A DNA stretch of 64,000 nucleotides from Minisyncoccia bacterium (GCA_041750655.1 JBGSYZ010000013.1:4769-68768), one strand, 5' to 3'; numbered from the stretch's first letter, positions 1 through 9,733 are shown. Numbers and translations: made by a program. The notes: a model not told the origin generated them from the sequence alone.

Positions 1-2
1 CG

Positions 3-302
3 CTAGAAAGCGTAGTCGACCCTAAGGCAATAGCAGTACAAGCTCTGAAGGATGTTCAAGCAACAGTTGTCCCAGCTCCTGACTTAACCGAAGAAGAGGT
101 TGGTGTATTGCGTGAACAACATTTAAATAATTTGGCCGTTGACAAAGCTTTGGCTGAGAGTTACGCCGAGAATGCTGTGCGTCGCCAAAAACTATTAGAG
201 TTAAAAAAAGACATTTCTATTTTGTATAACGAAATGGAATCTTGGCGAGGTAAGGAGTACGAGCGAGTTAAATCTGAAATAGAAGCATCATGTCAAAAAT
301 AA
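3..302 (+). CDS. hypothetical protein, 5'-truncated by window edge
   Basis: Frame of track ORF 108..302 is open back to position 3 (LESVVDPKAIAVQ...); coiled-coil-like C-terminus. Confidence 0.6.
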   Translation, partial: LESVVDPKAIAVQALKDVQATVVPAPDLTEEEVGVLREQHLNNLAVDKALAESYAENAVRRQKLLELKKDISILYNEMESWRGKEYERVKSEIEASCQK

Positions 303-841
303 ACCTTATCGTTGTACTATTTTTGTTTTTACCAGTTTTAGTTTTGGCTCAGACAGATGAAGCTGCACCAAAAATACTTGAGATAGGAGACAAACAAATT
401 ACCTATGCCGAAGCAGTCACCATTGATGATGGCACGCTGTATTATGATAAAAACACTGATGAAGAAGGGGCGGCTATGGTAGCTAGTAGTCATGATACTA
501 ATGGTGACAATTTAGCCGACGTGTGGTTTGTCTATGAAGCGGATCAAAACGTTACTACTGAAGCCTATGACCAAACTGGGGATGAAGAACCTGATGTGAT
601 TCTGTCTTTGGATACTAACGGCGAAGTTACAGCCATAAGTGGTGAAAAGGCTGGTGAGTATAGCCGCGTGCAAACTACTCCATTTAATCCAGAACCAATT
701 TCAACCACGGTTCAAGGTGAAGATTTGGTTGGTGATGTAAGTGATATCAGTATTGAACCTAAGGAGAATAATTGGATATTTTTCGTTATTCTGTTTTTCG
801 TGGCTGCTGGCTTGTATTTTTTCTGGAAACGACAAAAGTAG
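290..841 (+). CDS. secreted acidic protein with DxxGD Ca-binding-like motifs and C-terminal membrane anchor
   Basis: Signal peptide (..VLA-Q), DTNGDNLAD and DQTGDEEPD motifs, C-terminal TM helix followed by KRQK. Confidence 0.65.
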   Translation: MSKINLIVVLFLFLPVLVLAQTDEAAPKILEIGDKQITYAEAVTIDDGTLYYDKNTDEEGAAMVASSHDTNGDNLADVWFVYEADQNVTTEAYDQTGDEEPDVILSLDTNGEVTAISGEKAGEYSRVQTTPFNPEPISTTVQGEDLVGDVSDISIEPKENNWIFFVILFFVAAGLYFFWKRQK

Positions 842-844
842 TGT

Positions 845-1054
845 ATGCAAAAGAAAGAAGTCTTAAAAAACTCAGTGCAAATAGTGCGCAAAGAAAAAGG
901 AGTAACTCAGGAGCAGTTAGCCGAAGCGGTCGGAGTCACTCGACAAACTATTATCTCTATCGAGAAGGGTAATTATGTGCCGTCAGTGCTCTTAGCTATG
1001 AAAATAGCAAAATATTTTAATGTAAGAATAGAAAGTTTATTCACCATAACATAA
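845..1054 (+). CDS. XRE-family helix-turn-helix transcriptional regulator
   Basis: TQEQLAEAVGVTRQTIISIEKGNYVPS is a typical HTH_3 signature. Confidence 0.9.
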   Translation: MQKKEVLKNSVQIVRKEKGVTQEQLAEAVGVTRQTIISIEKGNYVPSVLLAMKIAKYFNVRIESLFTIT

Positions 1055-1056
1055 GT

Positions 1057-1410
1057 ATGTATAGAAATATTTTAGTTCCCATTGTAGTTGTAGCGTTAGC
1101 CACAGTTTTCTTGGACCCATTTATGGTCCTGATGCCCGAGTCAATGGTATACGGATTGTTAGCGCTTTTATTTATTACTTTTGTAGCCTATGCGTCACTG
1201 CTGTGGCGAGAGACAGCCAACGATGAACGGGAAGTGATATTACGAGCTTTTGCAGGCCGAGCGGCATATATGGCTGGTAGTTCAGCGCTCGTGATAGGAA
1301 TAATTTATCAAGCTCATTTTGCGCATCACGTAGATCCTTTTCTGGTGATTACGCTAGCAATTATGACTATCGCTAAATACTTTGGAATTTTGTACGCTGA
1401 GAGAAACTGA
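1057..1410 (+). CDS. small 4-TM membrane protein (DUF2178-like)
   Basis: Hydrophobic helices with DERE motif; typical partner of this XRE class. Confidence 0.6.
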   Translation: MYRNILVPIVVVALATVFLDPFMVLMPESMVYGLLALLFITFVAYASLLWRETANDEREVILRAFAGRAAYMAGSSALVIGIIYQAHFAHHVDPFLVITLAIMTIAKYFGILYAERN

Positions 1411-1450
1411 TGTAAAAAATAGCCAGGCCTATCAGGACCTGGCTTAAAAA

Positions 1451-1777
1451 TTATATTGACACAAGTTTTGGTGGATAGTGAAGTATCCACAGTACTTCAG
1501 TAAATGCCAATTTTATTTCAAATGAATGCCCAGCCGGTATTCGGCACTGTACATTGGGACGACTAAAGTAAGTTCTGCCTTCCACTTTATACATTGCTTG
1601 ACCAGAAATAAATTCTACTACACACGTTACTGGTCCCGGGTCTTTCGGGAAATTTGAACCCGGAGGCATCAGTACTGCTACCTGTTGCCAGCCATTTTCA
1701 TCAACTTTTAATCGAGCTGTTTTAAATGTTGAACTTGGTGATATTTTAACGTCTACCCATGTAGCGTCAGTTAGCAT
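1451..1777 (-). CDS. orphan cupin-like beta protein
   Basis: ORF; AGGAGG 5 nt before ATG at 1777; VEFISGQA...IPAGHSF resembles cupin motifs. Confidence 0.5.
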   Translation of the reverse strand: MLTDATWVDVKISPSSTFKTARLKVDENGWQQVAVLMPPGSNFPKDPGPVTCVVEFISGQAMYKVEGRTYFSRPNVQCRIPAGHSFEIKLAFTEVLWILHYPPKLVSI

Positions 1778-1833
1778 TTGCACCTCCTATAGCTCTTCTT
1801 GCACTCTACAATAAATACTACAAGATACAATAG

Positions 1834-2496
1834 TTACCAGTTTATTTTTGGTACATTATTTTTATTCAGGTATTCGTTAGTTTTAGAAAAATGTTTACAA
1901 CCTATGAAGCCAGTATGAGCAGAAAAAGGTGAGGGGTGGGGAGCAGTGAGTACTAAGTGTTTAGAAGTATCGATATGTTTACCTTTGTCTTGAGCGTACT
2001 TACCCCACAGTAAAAAAACGATATGTTCCTTTTCATCTGAAATTTTTTGAATCACCGCGTCAGTGAAGCGTTCCCAGCCGAGGCCTTGGTGGGAGCCGGC
2101 TTTGCCGGCTCCCACCGTCAACGTCGCATTCAGCAACAGTACTCCCTGTGTAGCCCACCGTTCTAGGTTGCCACTCTCTGGCACATCAATTCCTAAATCA
2201 TCCTTAATTTCCTTATAAATATTTTGAAGTGATGGTGGAACTCGAACACCATCGGGTACCGAAAAAGAAAGACCATGGGCCTGTCCAGGGCCGTGGTAGG
2301 GGTCTTGTCCTAAAATTACCACTTTCACACTTTCGAACGGACAATGTTCAAAGGCGTTAAAGACAAGTTTAGGTGGCGGAAAAACGTTCGTAGACATGTA
2401 CGCCGCACGAATTTTTCGACTGAGCTCTTGAAAATAATCTTGCTCAAATTCTAATGCTAAAACCTTCTTCCAGCTTTTTTCAATCTGAACATTCAT
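1834..2496 (-). CDS. ung: uracil-DNA glycosylase (family 1)
   Basis: GQDPYH, PPSL, HPSP motifs. Confidence 0.97.
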   Translation of the reverse strand: MNVQIEKSWKKVLALEFEQDYFQELSRKIRAAYMSTNVFPPPKLVFNAFEHCPFESVKVVILGQDPYHGPGQAHGLSFSVPDGVRVPPSLQNIYKEIKDDLGIDVPESGNLERWATQGVLLLNATLTVGAGKAGSHQGLGWERFTDAVIQKISDEKEHIVFLLWGKYAQDKGKHIDTSKHLVLTAPHPSPFSAHTGFIGCKHFSKTNEYLNKNNVPKINW

Positions 2497-2555
2497 GGGT
2501 ACATTGTATTTTTAAACTTTCAAAAAGCAAATGACCCCGTCCAGAATAGACGGGG

Positions 2556-3008
2556 TCATGTAATCTTGGTCGCAAGGTACTTTTGAAACATTGGGACTGT
2601 GTTGAGTAAATATTTTGTCAAAGAAGTGAGTGGTAAAGAAGGTGTGTCGGTAATTGGTAACCACAGACACTCCGATACTTCGTCATTATCTGGGGTAGGG
2701 GTGCCGGTAAAAAATGCGGTGGCATAGAACCTTACATAATTGGGATTGATTTCCGGGTCAAGTGGGTGCGGCAATGAAGTTACAAACTTAAGATGACGTT
2801 CTTGAAGCGCTATACTTGTTTCTTCTCTCACTTCTCGAATAATTGCTTCCCGTGGTGATTCAATTGGTTCATCAAATTCATCTACTTCTATGCTACCACC
2901 AGGAAATTCCCATTCTGAAAAATCTGCTCTCTCACACAGCAATACTTCATAATTGTCTGCGACCTTACGAAAAATAGCACAACGGACAATTCCAGTTCGG
3001 TGTTCCAT
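2556..3008 (-). CDS. NUDIX hydrolase
   Basis: WEFPGG..E.......REVREET Nudix box; AAGGAG before ATG at 3008. Confidence 0.88.
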   Translation of the reverse strand: MEHRTGIVRCAIFRKVADNYEVLLCERADFSEWEFPGGSIEVDEFDEPIESPREAIIREVREETSIALQERHLKFVTSLPHPLDPEINPNYVRFYATAFFTGTPTPDNDEVSECLWLPITDTPSLPLTSLTKYLLNTVPMFQKYLATKIT

Positions 3009-3097
3009 TTCAAGCTCCTTCTTGTAACACAATACAATATTTTTACAATAAGTAAATATTTAAATGAATCTATATAAATATATGCTACTATTTTGAT

Positions 3098-3694
3098 ATG
3101 TTAATTCTTGATGTAGAAGCTTCAGGGACTGAATACCATAAACACTCAATAGTCTCGATTGGGGCGGTGGATTTTGAAAATCCAGAGCGACAGTTTTATG
3201 GTGAATGCAAAATTTGGGAAGGGGCCCATATTAATCCCGAAGCGTTACAAGTTTGTGGATTTAGTGAAGCTGAAGTAACCGATACAAACAAAAAATCAGA
3301 AGCCGAACTGATAACGGAATTCTTGGAATGGACTCAGGAGATGGGTGATAGAACGATTGTTGGTCAAAATCCATCCTTTGATAGAGACTTTACCAAAGCG
3401 GCCGCTGAAAGAGCGGGTATTGCTTGGGATTTAGCCTATCGCACACTTGATACTCACACGATGTGCTGGATGCATATTATCAACAAGGGAGAGCAGCCGC
3501 CGATTGATGAACAACACCGACGTAGTGCCCTTAATCTTGATGCGGTTCTCAATTACTGTGGTATCCCCGAAGAACCACAGCCACACAATGCTCTAACTGG
3601 AGCCCTTTCTCATGCCGAAGTAGCCGCTCGTTTACTGTACGGTAAACAATTACTCCCAGAGTTTAAACACTACGCTATTCCGTGGTGTGTCTAA
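3098..3694 (+). CDS. DEDDh 3'-5' exonuclease
   Basis: DVE, NPSFD, HNAL motifs (last acidic position appears divergent). Confidence 0.85.
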   Translation: MLILDVEASGTEYHKHSIVSIGAVDFENPERQFYGECKIWEGAHINPEALQVCGFSEAEVTDTNKKSEAELITEFLEWTQEMGDRTIVGQNPSFDRDFTKAAAERAGIAWDLAYRTLDTHTMCWMHIINKGEQPPIDEQHRRSALNLDAVLNYCGIPEEPQPHNALTGALSHAEVAARLLYGKQLLPEFKHYAIPWCV

Positions 3695-3752
3695 ACAACG
3701 ACTGGGATAAGCGAAAATTCCCACATTCCAAAATGCTATAATTGCCAATAAT

Positions 3753-4490
3753 ATGGCAATAAAACGAGCAAAGAAAAAGGAAGTGTATACAAAAGAGGAA
3801 ATTAAAAACTGTCGTATCCTAACTGATTTACTTGATCCTGATGATGATGCGGTGCAGTCATGGCGAACCTTTCGTATCATGTCTGAATTCGTGCAAGGTT
3901 TTGAGATTTTACGTCGGTATGGACTGGCCGCTACTATTTTCGGTGGAGCTCGCTACGCCGCTGGAGATACGGTGTATAAAGAAGCCGAAGAATTAGCCGC
4001 CAAGCTCGCCAAAGCTGGTTTTGCCATTATTACTGGCGGCGGCCCGGGTGTGATGGAAGCAGCTAATGTTGGTGCGTTTAAGGTGGGAGGGAAGTCAGTC
4101 GGACTCAATATTCAGCTTCCGTTTGAACAAAAGCTCAACCCATACGTAAATGATACAGAAACCTTCCACTTTTTCTTTTCTCGTAAAGTGATGCTCTCTT
4201 TTGCCTCAGAGGTTTATATTTATTTTCCTGGTGGCTTCGGCACTATGGACGAATTGTTTGAGTTGGTAACCTTAATTCAGACCAAAAAAATAACACATAT
4301 ACCAATTGTACTCGTGGACAAAGAATACTGGTCACCACTTATGGCTTGGATTAAAAACACCATGCTCAAGGAGTATAAAACAATTAGCAAAGAAGATTTA
4401 GACATTTTTACTTTAGTAGATACGCCCCAAGAGGCATACGATTACATTATTAAGAATGTCGATACTAACGGCAATTTAAAGCAAGTTTAA
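3753..4490 (+). CDS. LOG family Rossmann-fold protein (nucleotide phosphoribohydrolase)
   Basis: TGGGPGVMEAAN and PGGFGTMDE motifs. Confidence 0.92.
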   Translation: MAIKRAKKKEVYTKEEIKNCRILTDLLDPDDDAVQSWRTFRIMSEFVQGFEILRRYGLAATIFGGARYAAGDTVYKEAEELAAKLAKAGFAIITGGGPGVMEAANVGAFKVGGKSVGLNIQLPFEQKLNPYVNDTETFHFFFSRKVMLSFASEVYIYFPGGFGTMDELFELVTLIQTKKITHIPIVLVDKEYWSPLMAWIKNTMLKEYKTISKEDLDIFTLVDTPQEAYDYIIKNVDTNGNLKQV

Positions 4491-4492
4491 AT

Positions 4493-5419
4493 ATGACAGA
4501 TGCGCTCGATATCATAAAAAACTTTGATGAAAAATCACTGCCAGATTTGGATGTAGTTACCTTAGCTGCCCTTGAACTTTTTTCAAACGCCAAACTACCT
4601 GTTTTAAATGTAAATAGATTTCGACATCCTTTAATTCTGGGTAGCGGCAACGCGTTGGTGGCTGCTCGCGCTATTTTCTCTCACTCGCAAGCAGTGTTTG
4701 CTGACGAGAGTAATTATGAATCCGCAGTTTTTGCGGGGCAGTCTGATGGCGCCTATATTTTTTCCGCTTCTGGCAGCAAGCACGCAGTGACGTTTGCGAA
4801 AGCGTTATCACAAAAAGGAATTCCCACCGTGTTGATTACGACCACTACAAAATCACCGGCCGAACTTGCAGTACCAGCTATGGATGTTTTAGTTTTCCCT
4901 AAAAACCGAGAACCTTACACGTATAACGCCTCAACCTACATGGGTATGTTTTTGGCAGCTACTAGAGAAAATCCAAACAAAATCAAAGATTTTATAACAA
5001 CAGAGGTTTTAAACCACATACCAAATACTATTGGAGAATACGACGCTTATTATCTTCTTCTGCCTGAAGCTTTTAGTCCGATTGCGAGCATGTTTGTAAC
5101 GAAGTTTGATGAATTATTTGGTTCACGATTACTGGGCCGGGCGTTTACTTTTGAGCAAAGCAAACACGCCAAAACTGTTGTTAAAAACGAAAAAGAGTTA
5201 TTTATAAGTTTTGGCCGCGAAAATAATTCTTTTGGTCAGTCTCGTTTGTATATCCCGCTCCCTGATGATGTCAGTTATGCTGCCATGATGGCCATCGGTT
5301 ATTTTGTTATTGGGCACATTCAAAAAAACAAGCCGCCGTATTTTAAAGATTCGATTGGAGAATATATGAAGGAAGCTTCCGAACTGTTTGGTAATGAGTT
5401 AACCGTTATAGTGGAATAA
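4493..5419 (+). CDS. SIS-domain sugar-phosphate isomerase-like protein
   Basis: LGSGNA and FSASG motifs; adjacent to a ROK kinase. Confidence 0.6.
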   Translation: MTDALDIIKNFDEKSLPDLDVVTLAALELFSNAKLPVLNVNRFRHPLILGSGNALVAARAIFSHSQAVFADESNYESAVFAGQSDGAYIFSASGSKHAVTFAKALSQKGIPTVLITTTTKSPAELAVPAMDVLVFPKNREPYTYNASTYMGMFLAATRENPNKIKDFITTEVLNHIPNTIGEYDAYYLLLPEAFSPIASMFVTKFDELFGSRLLGRAFTFEQSKHAKTVVKNEKELFISFGRENNSFGQSRLYIPLPDDVSYAAMMAIGYFVIGHIQKNKPPYFKDSIGEYMKEASELFGNELTVIVE

Positions 5420-5420
5420 T

Positions 5421-6263
5421 ATGGCCTATGCACTATTTGATATTGGCGGGACCAAAACACGAGTGGCCATTAGCCAGGATTTAAAGTCTTTTTCTGAAAA
5501 GTTAAAATTTGATACTCCTAAAAATTTTTCTGATGGAGTAGCGGCTATTCATGAAGCTATTCAATCACTGACTAGTGATCCGATAGAAGCCCTTGGTGGT
5601 GGCATTCGGGGTCCACTGAATGGTGACAAAACTGGCATTATTCGGGAAGATGTCTTGACTGACTGGGTAGAACAGCCATTAGCGTTAGCACTTGGCAAAC
5701 CATATAACGCGCCAGTTTTCTTGGAAAACGACACTGCTACGGTCGGGCTGGGAGAGGCACATTTTGGAGCAGGTAAGGAAGGCAAGATTGTGGTGTATCA
5801 CACCGTGAGTACCGGAGTGGGTGGAGTAAAAATAGAAAATGGTTATCTTGACCAAGCAAGTATTGGTTTTGAACCCGGACACCAGATTTTGGATATTGAT
5901 AGGAGTATATTTGGAGATGATACGATTCATACGTTAGAGAATTTAGTTTCTGGAGCAGCCTTAGAAAAAAGGAGAGGAGTGAAACCGTATGAAATACCGC
6001 AGAGCGACCCAGTGTGGCCGGAGTTGGCTGGATACTTAGCTAAAGGATTACGTAACACCATTGTCTATTGGTCGCCAGATACTATTGTGCTTGGCGGATC
6101 AATGATTATTGGCGATCCGCGCATTATGTTAGCGGACATACAACGTGAGACCGCTAAAATGGTGGAGGGTTTGGTACCAGTCCCCAAAATAGTTGATGCC
6201 ACGCTGAGTGATGAAGGCGGTTTATATGGAGCAATGGTTTTAATTGAGCAAAGAATGCAATAA
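5421..6263 (+). CDS. ROK family sugar kinase
   Basis: DIGGTK, END, STGVGG, EPGH motifs. Confidence 0.9.
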   Translation: MAYALFDIGGTKTRVAISQDLKSFSEKLKFDTPKNFSDGVAAIHEAIQSLTSDPIEALGGGIRGPLNGDKTGIIREDVLTDWVEQPLALALGKPYNAPVFLENDTATVGLGEAHFGAGKEGKIVVYHTVSTGVGGVKIENGYLDQASIGFEPGHQILDIDRSIFGDDTIHTLENLVSGAALEKRRGVKPYEIPQSDPVWPELAGYLAKGLRNTIVYWSPDTIVLGGSMIIGDPRIMLADIQRETAKMVEGLVPVPKIVDATLSDEGGLYGAMVLIEQRMQ

Positions 6264-6320
6264 TCGCCAAGCTAAGTGGTTTTCTGTATACTGTTTATAC
6301 TTACTTAACTAATCTTCTTT

Positions 6321-7088
6321 ATGTTTATGCCGTATATTTTTATAATTGCCGTTGTTGTTCTACTTCTTTCATTTTTACGAGAGGTAAAGCAGTACGAACG
6401 AGGAGTGGTGCTGACAATGGGTAAATTTACTGGAGTTAGAGGTGCCGGTTGGAGCATTATAGTGCCAATTTTTCAAAAAATGGAAAAAGTCGATATGCGC
6501 ATTAAAGCAGTGGATGTGCCAGATCAAAAAGTAATTACTAAAGACAACGTATCAGCCAGTATCAATGCGGTGATTTATTACAAAGTATCTGATGCTGCCA
6601 AAGCCGTGCTTGAGGTAGAAAATTTTCGCTACGCTGTGTCGCAGCTGGCTCAGACCACCATGCGTAATATTGTTGGTAGTGCAGTATTAGATGAAGTGCT
6701 TTCAGAACGAGAGGCATTGTCAGTCAAGATTCAAACAATTGTAGACGCTGAAACTGATCAGTGGGGAATTAGTGTCGATAATGTTGAGCTTAAAGACTTC
6801 TTTTTGCCAGAAGACATGGAACGAACAATTGCTAAGCAAGCCGAAGCGGAACGGGAACGTCGGGCAGTTATCATTAGTGCTGAAGGGGAAGTGGCAGCGG
6901 CTGAGAATATATCAAAAGCGGCTCGGATGCTGTCTGAGGCTCCTGGAGCGCTTCATTTACGTACCCTTCAAACTCTTAACGATCTTTCTTCAGATCAGTC
7001 TAACACGGTAATATTTGCCATGCCGATCGAGGTTTTACGCGCTGTAGAAGGTATGACAGAGATGGTAAAAGGAGGCAGGAAAGAATAA
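6321..7088 (+). CDS. SPFH/slipin (stomatin-like) protein
   Basis: N-terminal TM, QKVITKDNVS, AQTTMR, QAEAERERRA. Confidence 0.93.
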   Translation: MFMPYIFIIAVVVLLLSFLREVKQYERGVVLTMGKFTGVRGAGWSIIVPIFQKMEKVDMRIKAVDVPDQKVITKDNVSASINAVIYYKVSDAAKAVLEVENFRYAVSQLAQTTMRNIVGSAVLDEVLSEREALSVKIQTIVDAETDQWGISVDNVELKDFFLPEDMERTIAKQAEAERERRAVIISAEGEVAAAENISKAARMLSEAPGALHLRTLQTLNDLSSDQSNTVIFAMPIEVLRAVEGMTEMVKGGRKE

Positions 7089-7167
7089 AAGCAGTAATTT
7101 GCCATATTATAGCCATATAATTCAATCTAAAATAATAATATGGCTATAAATAAGGCCAGAATAGTTA

Positions 7168-7196
7168 TTGACATACTGTAATTACTATTGTATAAC
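7168..7196 (+). promoter_or_regulatory. sigma70-type promoter
   Basis: TTGACA (7168-7173), 17 bp, TATAAC (7191-7196). Confidence 0.8.
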
Positions 7197-7275
7197 TTGA
7201 CTTTGTTCAAAGTTATGCTAAACTTGTCACCGAAAGTGGCTTCGGCCATTTTTTGTTGGATAAGACTACTGGCTT

Positions 7276-7719
7276 ATTATATCGACCTTTATCACTGCAT
7301 TTTTAGCAGTTTCAGGCGTAGGAGGAGTAGCCGTACCAGCAGAAACAACTGCATACGGACACATCTCCACTAGTGGGGATGTGGAATCAGAAATACTGGT
7401 TGAAGGAAATACCGAATTAGCCGTTCGAGAATACTTCAAAGATATACCGGTAATGATTCAAATTGCACGCTGTGAGTCTCATTTCAGACACACACTTGCT
7501 GATGGTTCTGTTCTTCAGGGACGAGTAGACTCAGCTGACACAGGAGTAATGCAAATCAACAAGCGTTATCACCAAAGTGAGGCTTTGAAACTCGGAATTG
7601 ATTTAACAGACCTAGAAGGAAACATGACGTATGCCCGGCATCTCTATGAGACGCAAGGTACTCGGCCATGGAATGCTTCTGCTCAATGTTGGAAAGGAAA
7701 TTTAGCTTTGGCTAAATAA
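7276..7719 (+). CDS. secreted lysozyme-like/lytic transglycosylase protein; start codon uncertain
   Basis: IARCES, GVMQIN, GTRPW motifs; frame open from 7264 with a signal-like segment upstream of GTG 7381. Confidence 0.7.
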   Translation: MISTFITAFLAVSGVGGVAVPAETTAYGHISTSGDVESEILVEGNTELAVREYFKDIPVMIQIARCESHFRHTLADGSVLQGRVDSADTGVMQINKRYHQSEALKLGIDLTDLEGNMTYARHLYETQGTRPWNASAQCWKGNLALAK

Positions 7720-7740
7720 TCTTTCTACATCGACCACCAT

Positions 7741-7778
7741 AACAAAAAGCCCCTCTATGAGGGGCTTTTTGTTTTTTT
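7741..7778. terminator. bidirectional intrinsic terminator
   Basis: AAAAAGCCCCTC-TAT-GAGGGGCTTTTT between convergent genes. Confidence 0.85.
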
Positions 7779-7795
7779 AAAATATACCTTTGAAA

Positions 7796-8194
7796 CTACC
7801 GGATACTCCAACCTTCACCCGCACCATAGGCCATTACGTACATAAGGCCACCAACAATAGCAAGATTTTTAAATAGGTTAATATCATTGATATCCATGTG
7901 GGCAATAAGAGTGGCTAGTAGAGTAAAAAGAATCAAAGCTCCAGCGGCTACTCCAACACGATAGCCAGCAATGAGAGCTCCTCCTGCTCCTAGCTTAAGA
8001 ATGATGACTGCCCACACCAACATACTAGCCATTGGTATACCAAGACTCTCATAAAACATAACCGTGTTTTGGGGACCATTGATAACAATTCCTAGACCAG
8101 TAAAGAAAAACAATAAACCCATTAGAATTCGCCCCAACATTGTACCTTTTGAGCGCATAAGTTCACGTTGACCTTCAGATAACATTACGTTCAT
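7796..8194 (-). CDS. DoxX family membrane protein
   Basis: LGRILMGLLF...FKNLAIVGGL..GAG.WSI pattern. Confidence 0.88.
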   Translation of the reverse strand: MNVMLSEGQRELMRSKGTMLGRILMGLLFFFTGLGIVINGPQNTVMFYESLGIPMASMLVWAVIILKLGAGGALIAGYRVGVAAGALILFTLLATLIAHMDINDINLFKNLAIVGGLMYVMAYGAGEGWSIR

Positions 8195-8269
8195 ATATAA
8201 AAATTAGTGAGTAATATAACTTTTCTAGTTTAATTATAACAAAAATAAGCTCGTGTATAATGATTGGGT

Positions 8270-8728
8270 ATGAATTACTGGTTAATGAAAAGTGAACCCG
8301 ACTGTTTCTCGATTGATGATTTGAAAAAGAAGAAGAAGGAAATGTGGGACGGTGTACGAAACTATCAGGTACGAAATATGATGCGTGATCAAATGGAAAA
8401 AGGAGACCGAGCACTTTTTTATCACTCAAGTGCTGGTGATAAAACTGGAATAGTTGGTGAGATGGAAATAGTAAATGAAGCCTATCCTGACCCAACTCAG
8501 TTTGATCCTACAAGTGAACATCCAGATCCAAAAAGCACAAAAGATAATCCTACCTGGTTATGTGTAGATGTGAAGTTTGTCCAGAAATTTAAAAACCCAG
8601 TGTATCTTAAAGAACTTAAACTTGATCCAGCTTTTGCCAGTATGATTGTCACCCAAAAAGGTAATCGACTGTCAATAACTCCGGTGAGCAAGAAACATTT
8701 TGACAGAATTATCAAATTGTCTGCCTAA
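8270..8728 (+). CDS. EVE domain protein
   Basis: YWLMKSEP, WDGVRNYQ, FYHS, RLSITPV. Confidence 0.93.
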   Translation: MNYWLMKSEPDCFSIDDLKKKKKEMWDGVRNYQVRNMMRDQMEKGDRALFYHSSAGDKTGIVGEMEIVNEAYPDPTQFDPTSEHPDPKSTKDNPTWLCVDVKFVQKFKNPVYLKELKLDPAFASMIVTQKGNRLSITPVSKKHFDRIIKLSA

Positions 8729-8784
8729 GTTGAAAATTAGTGAATATAGGCATAGAGTAGGGGAGGTAAACGGGAGGAAATAAA

Positions 8785-8928
8785 ATGCCCCAAAAAATTC
8801 CGTGTTCTGGAAAAAAAGAGGTAAAGATTACTAACGTTGAGATCAGAAATACACTGCTTAGCACCACAGCAATCGGCAACCTGCTAAAAACAATTGCTGG
8901 TTTTGCTGCCGCAATTGGTATCCAGTGA
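8785..8928 (+). CDS. 47-aa orphan peptide MPQKIPCSGKKEVKITNVEIRNTLLSTTAIGNLLKTIAGFAAAIGIQ
   Basis: TTGAAA-17-TAGAGT at 8730-8758, two GGAGG sites, GC hairpin 8942-8966 after the stop. Confidence 0.55.
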   Translation: MPQKIPCSGKKEVKITNVEIRNTLLSTTAIGNLLKTIAGFAAAIGIQ

Positions 8929-8993
8929 AGCACCAGAAGAGAAGGGCCGTCCCAGAGGCGGCCCTTATTACTATTTATATACGTCGTACAATA

Positions 8994-9053
8994 TATCTTT
9001 TGCGACGTATACAACGGGCCTGCGTAGGCCCCTTGTATACGTTGCAAAAGATA
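8994..9053. repeat. long inverted repeat (28-bp arms, 26/28 match)
   Basis: TATCTTTTGCGACGTATACAACGGGCCT-GCGT-AGGCCCCTTGTATACGTTGCAAAAGATA. Confidence 0.85.
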
Positions 9054-9601
9054 CTTATATTGCGGTCTCATCTGAGTCGCAACTATAAGTTTTGAGACTT
9101 ATTGCGTGTATCTATTTCTATACCAAGTTAATGTTTGTCAGTATTTATTATTTAGTTTGATTTCTAATCATTTTTAACTATTAATATAAATTTCTTCCTT
9201 ATCCAGCTTCGGTTCAGCAAACTGATAAGTTCACTCCAAAGTCTGCTAAAACGAGCCTCTAGAATTGATTCTAAGGCTTTTGAGTATAAAAAGAGGTACT
9301 AGGAGTCGCAGACCCTGGCATAAAAAACTGGGTTTGTTAGTGCATTATACTTTATAAGCCTTGATACTATTCGGGCATCAGTTTTACTATAAAAAATTTT
9401 GAATGCTTAAATTAAATTTTCTGTGCACGTATACAAAAGTAAAATTTTTTTAAATTTATTCTTACTACGATGAGTTTTAAAACGTTAACTTTTGTAACTT
9501 GTTAACGCTCCCTCAAATCAAAATCAAAACTATCAAATTTATTAGAAAAGACTCCCCACCCTCTCTCACTTCCCTCTATTAAAATATTGTGCGACCCTTA
9601 G

Positions 9602-9733
9602 TAAAAAAACAAAACTGCTTGGTAAGCAGCCGTAATTAAAGTGCCGAAAGCCCAGCTTCATGTTCCAGTGTGTGGTGGGAAATGAAGCCGGGCTTTCGAT
9701 CGGGTAAGTTCCTACGAGCTTGCGCTCGCACTT
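9602..9733 (-). ncRNA. candidate structured small RNA of unknown family
   Basis: GCAA-tetraloop hairpin, 17-bp hairpin with G-U on the minus strand, terminator hairpin plus U-tract. Confidence 0.45.

Noticed and set aside
9640-9700. SRP (4.5S) RNA
   Set aside because: Long hairpin lacks the CAGG/GNRA/AGCA helix-8 motif
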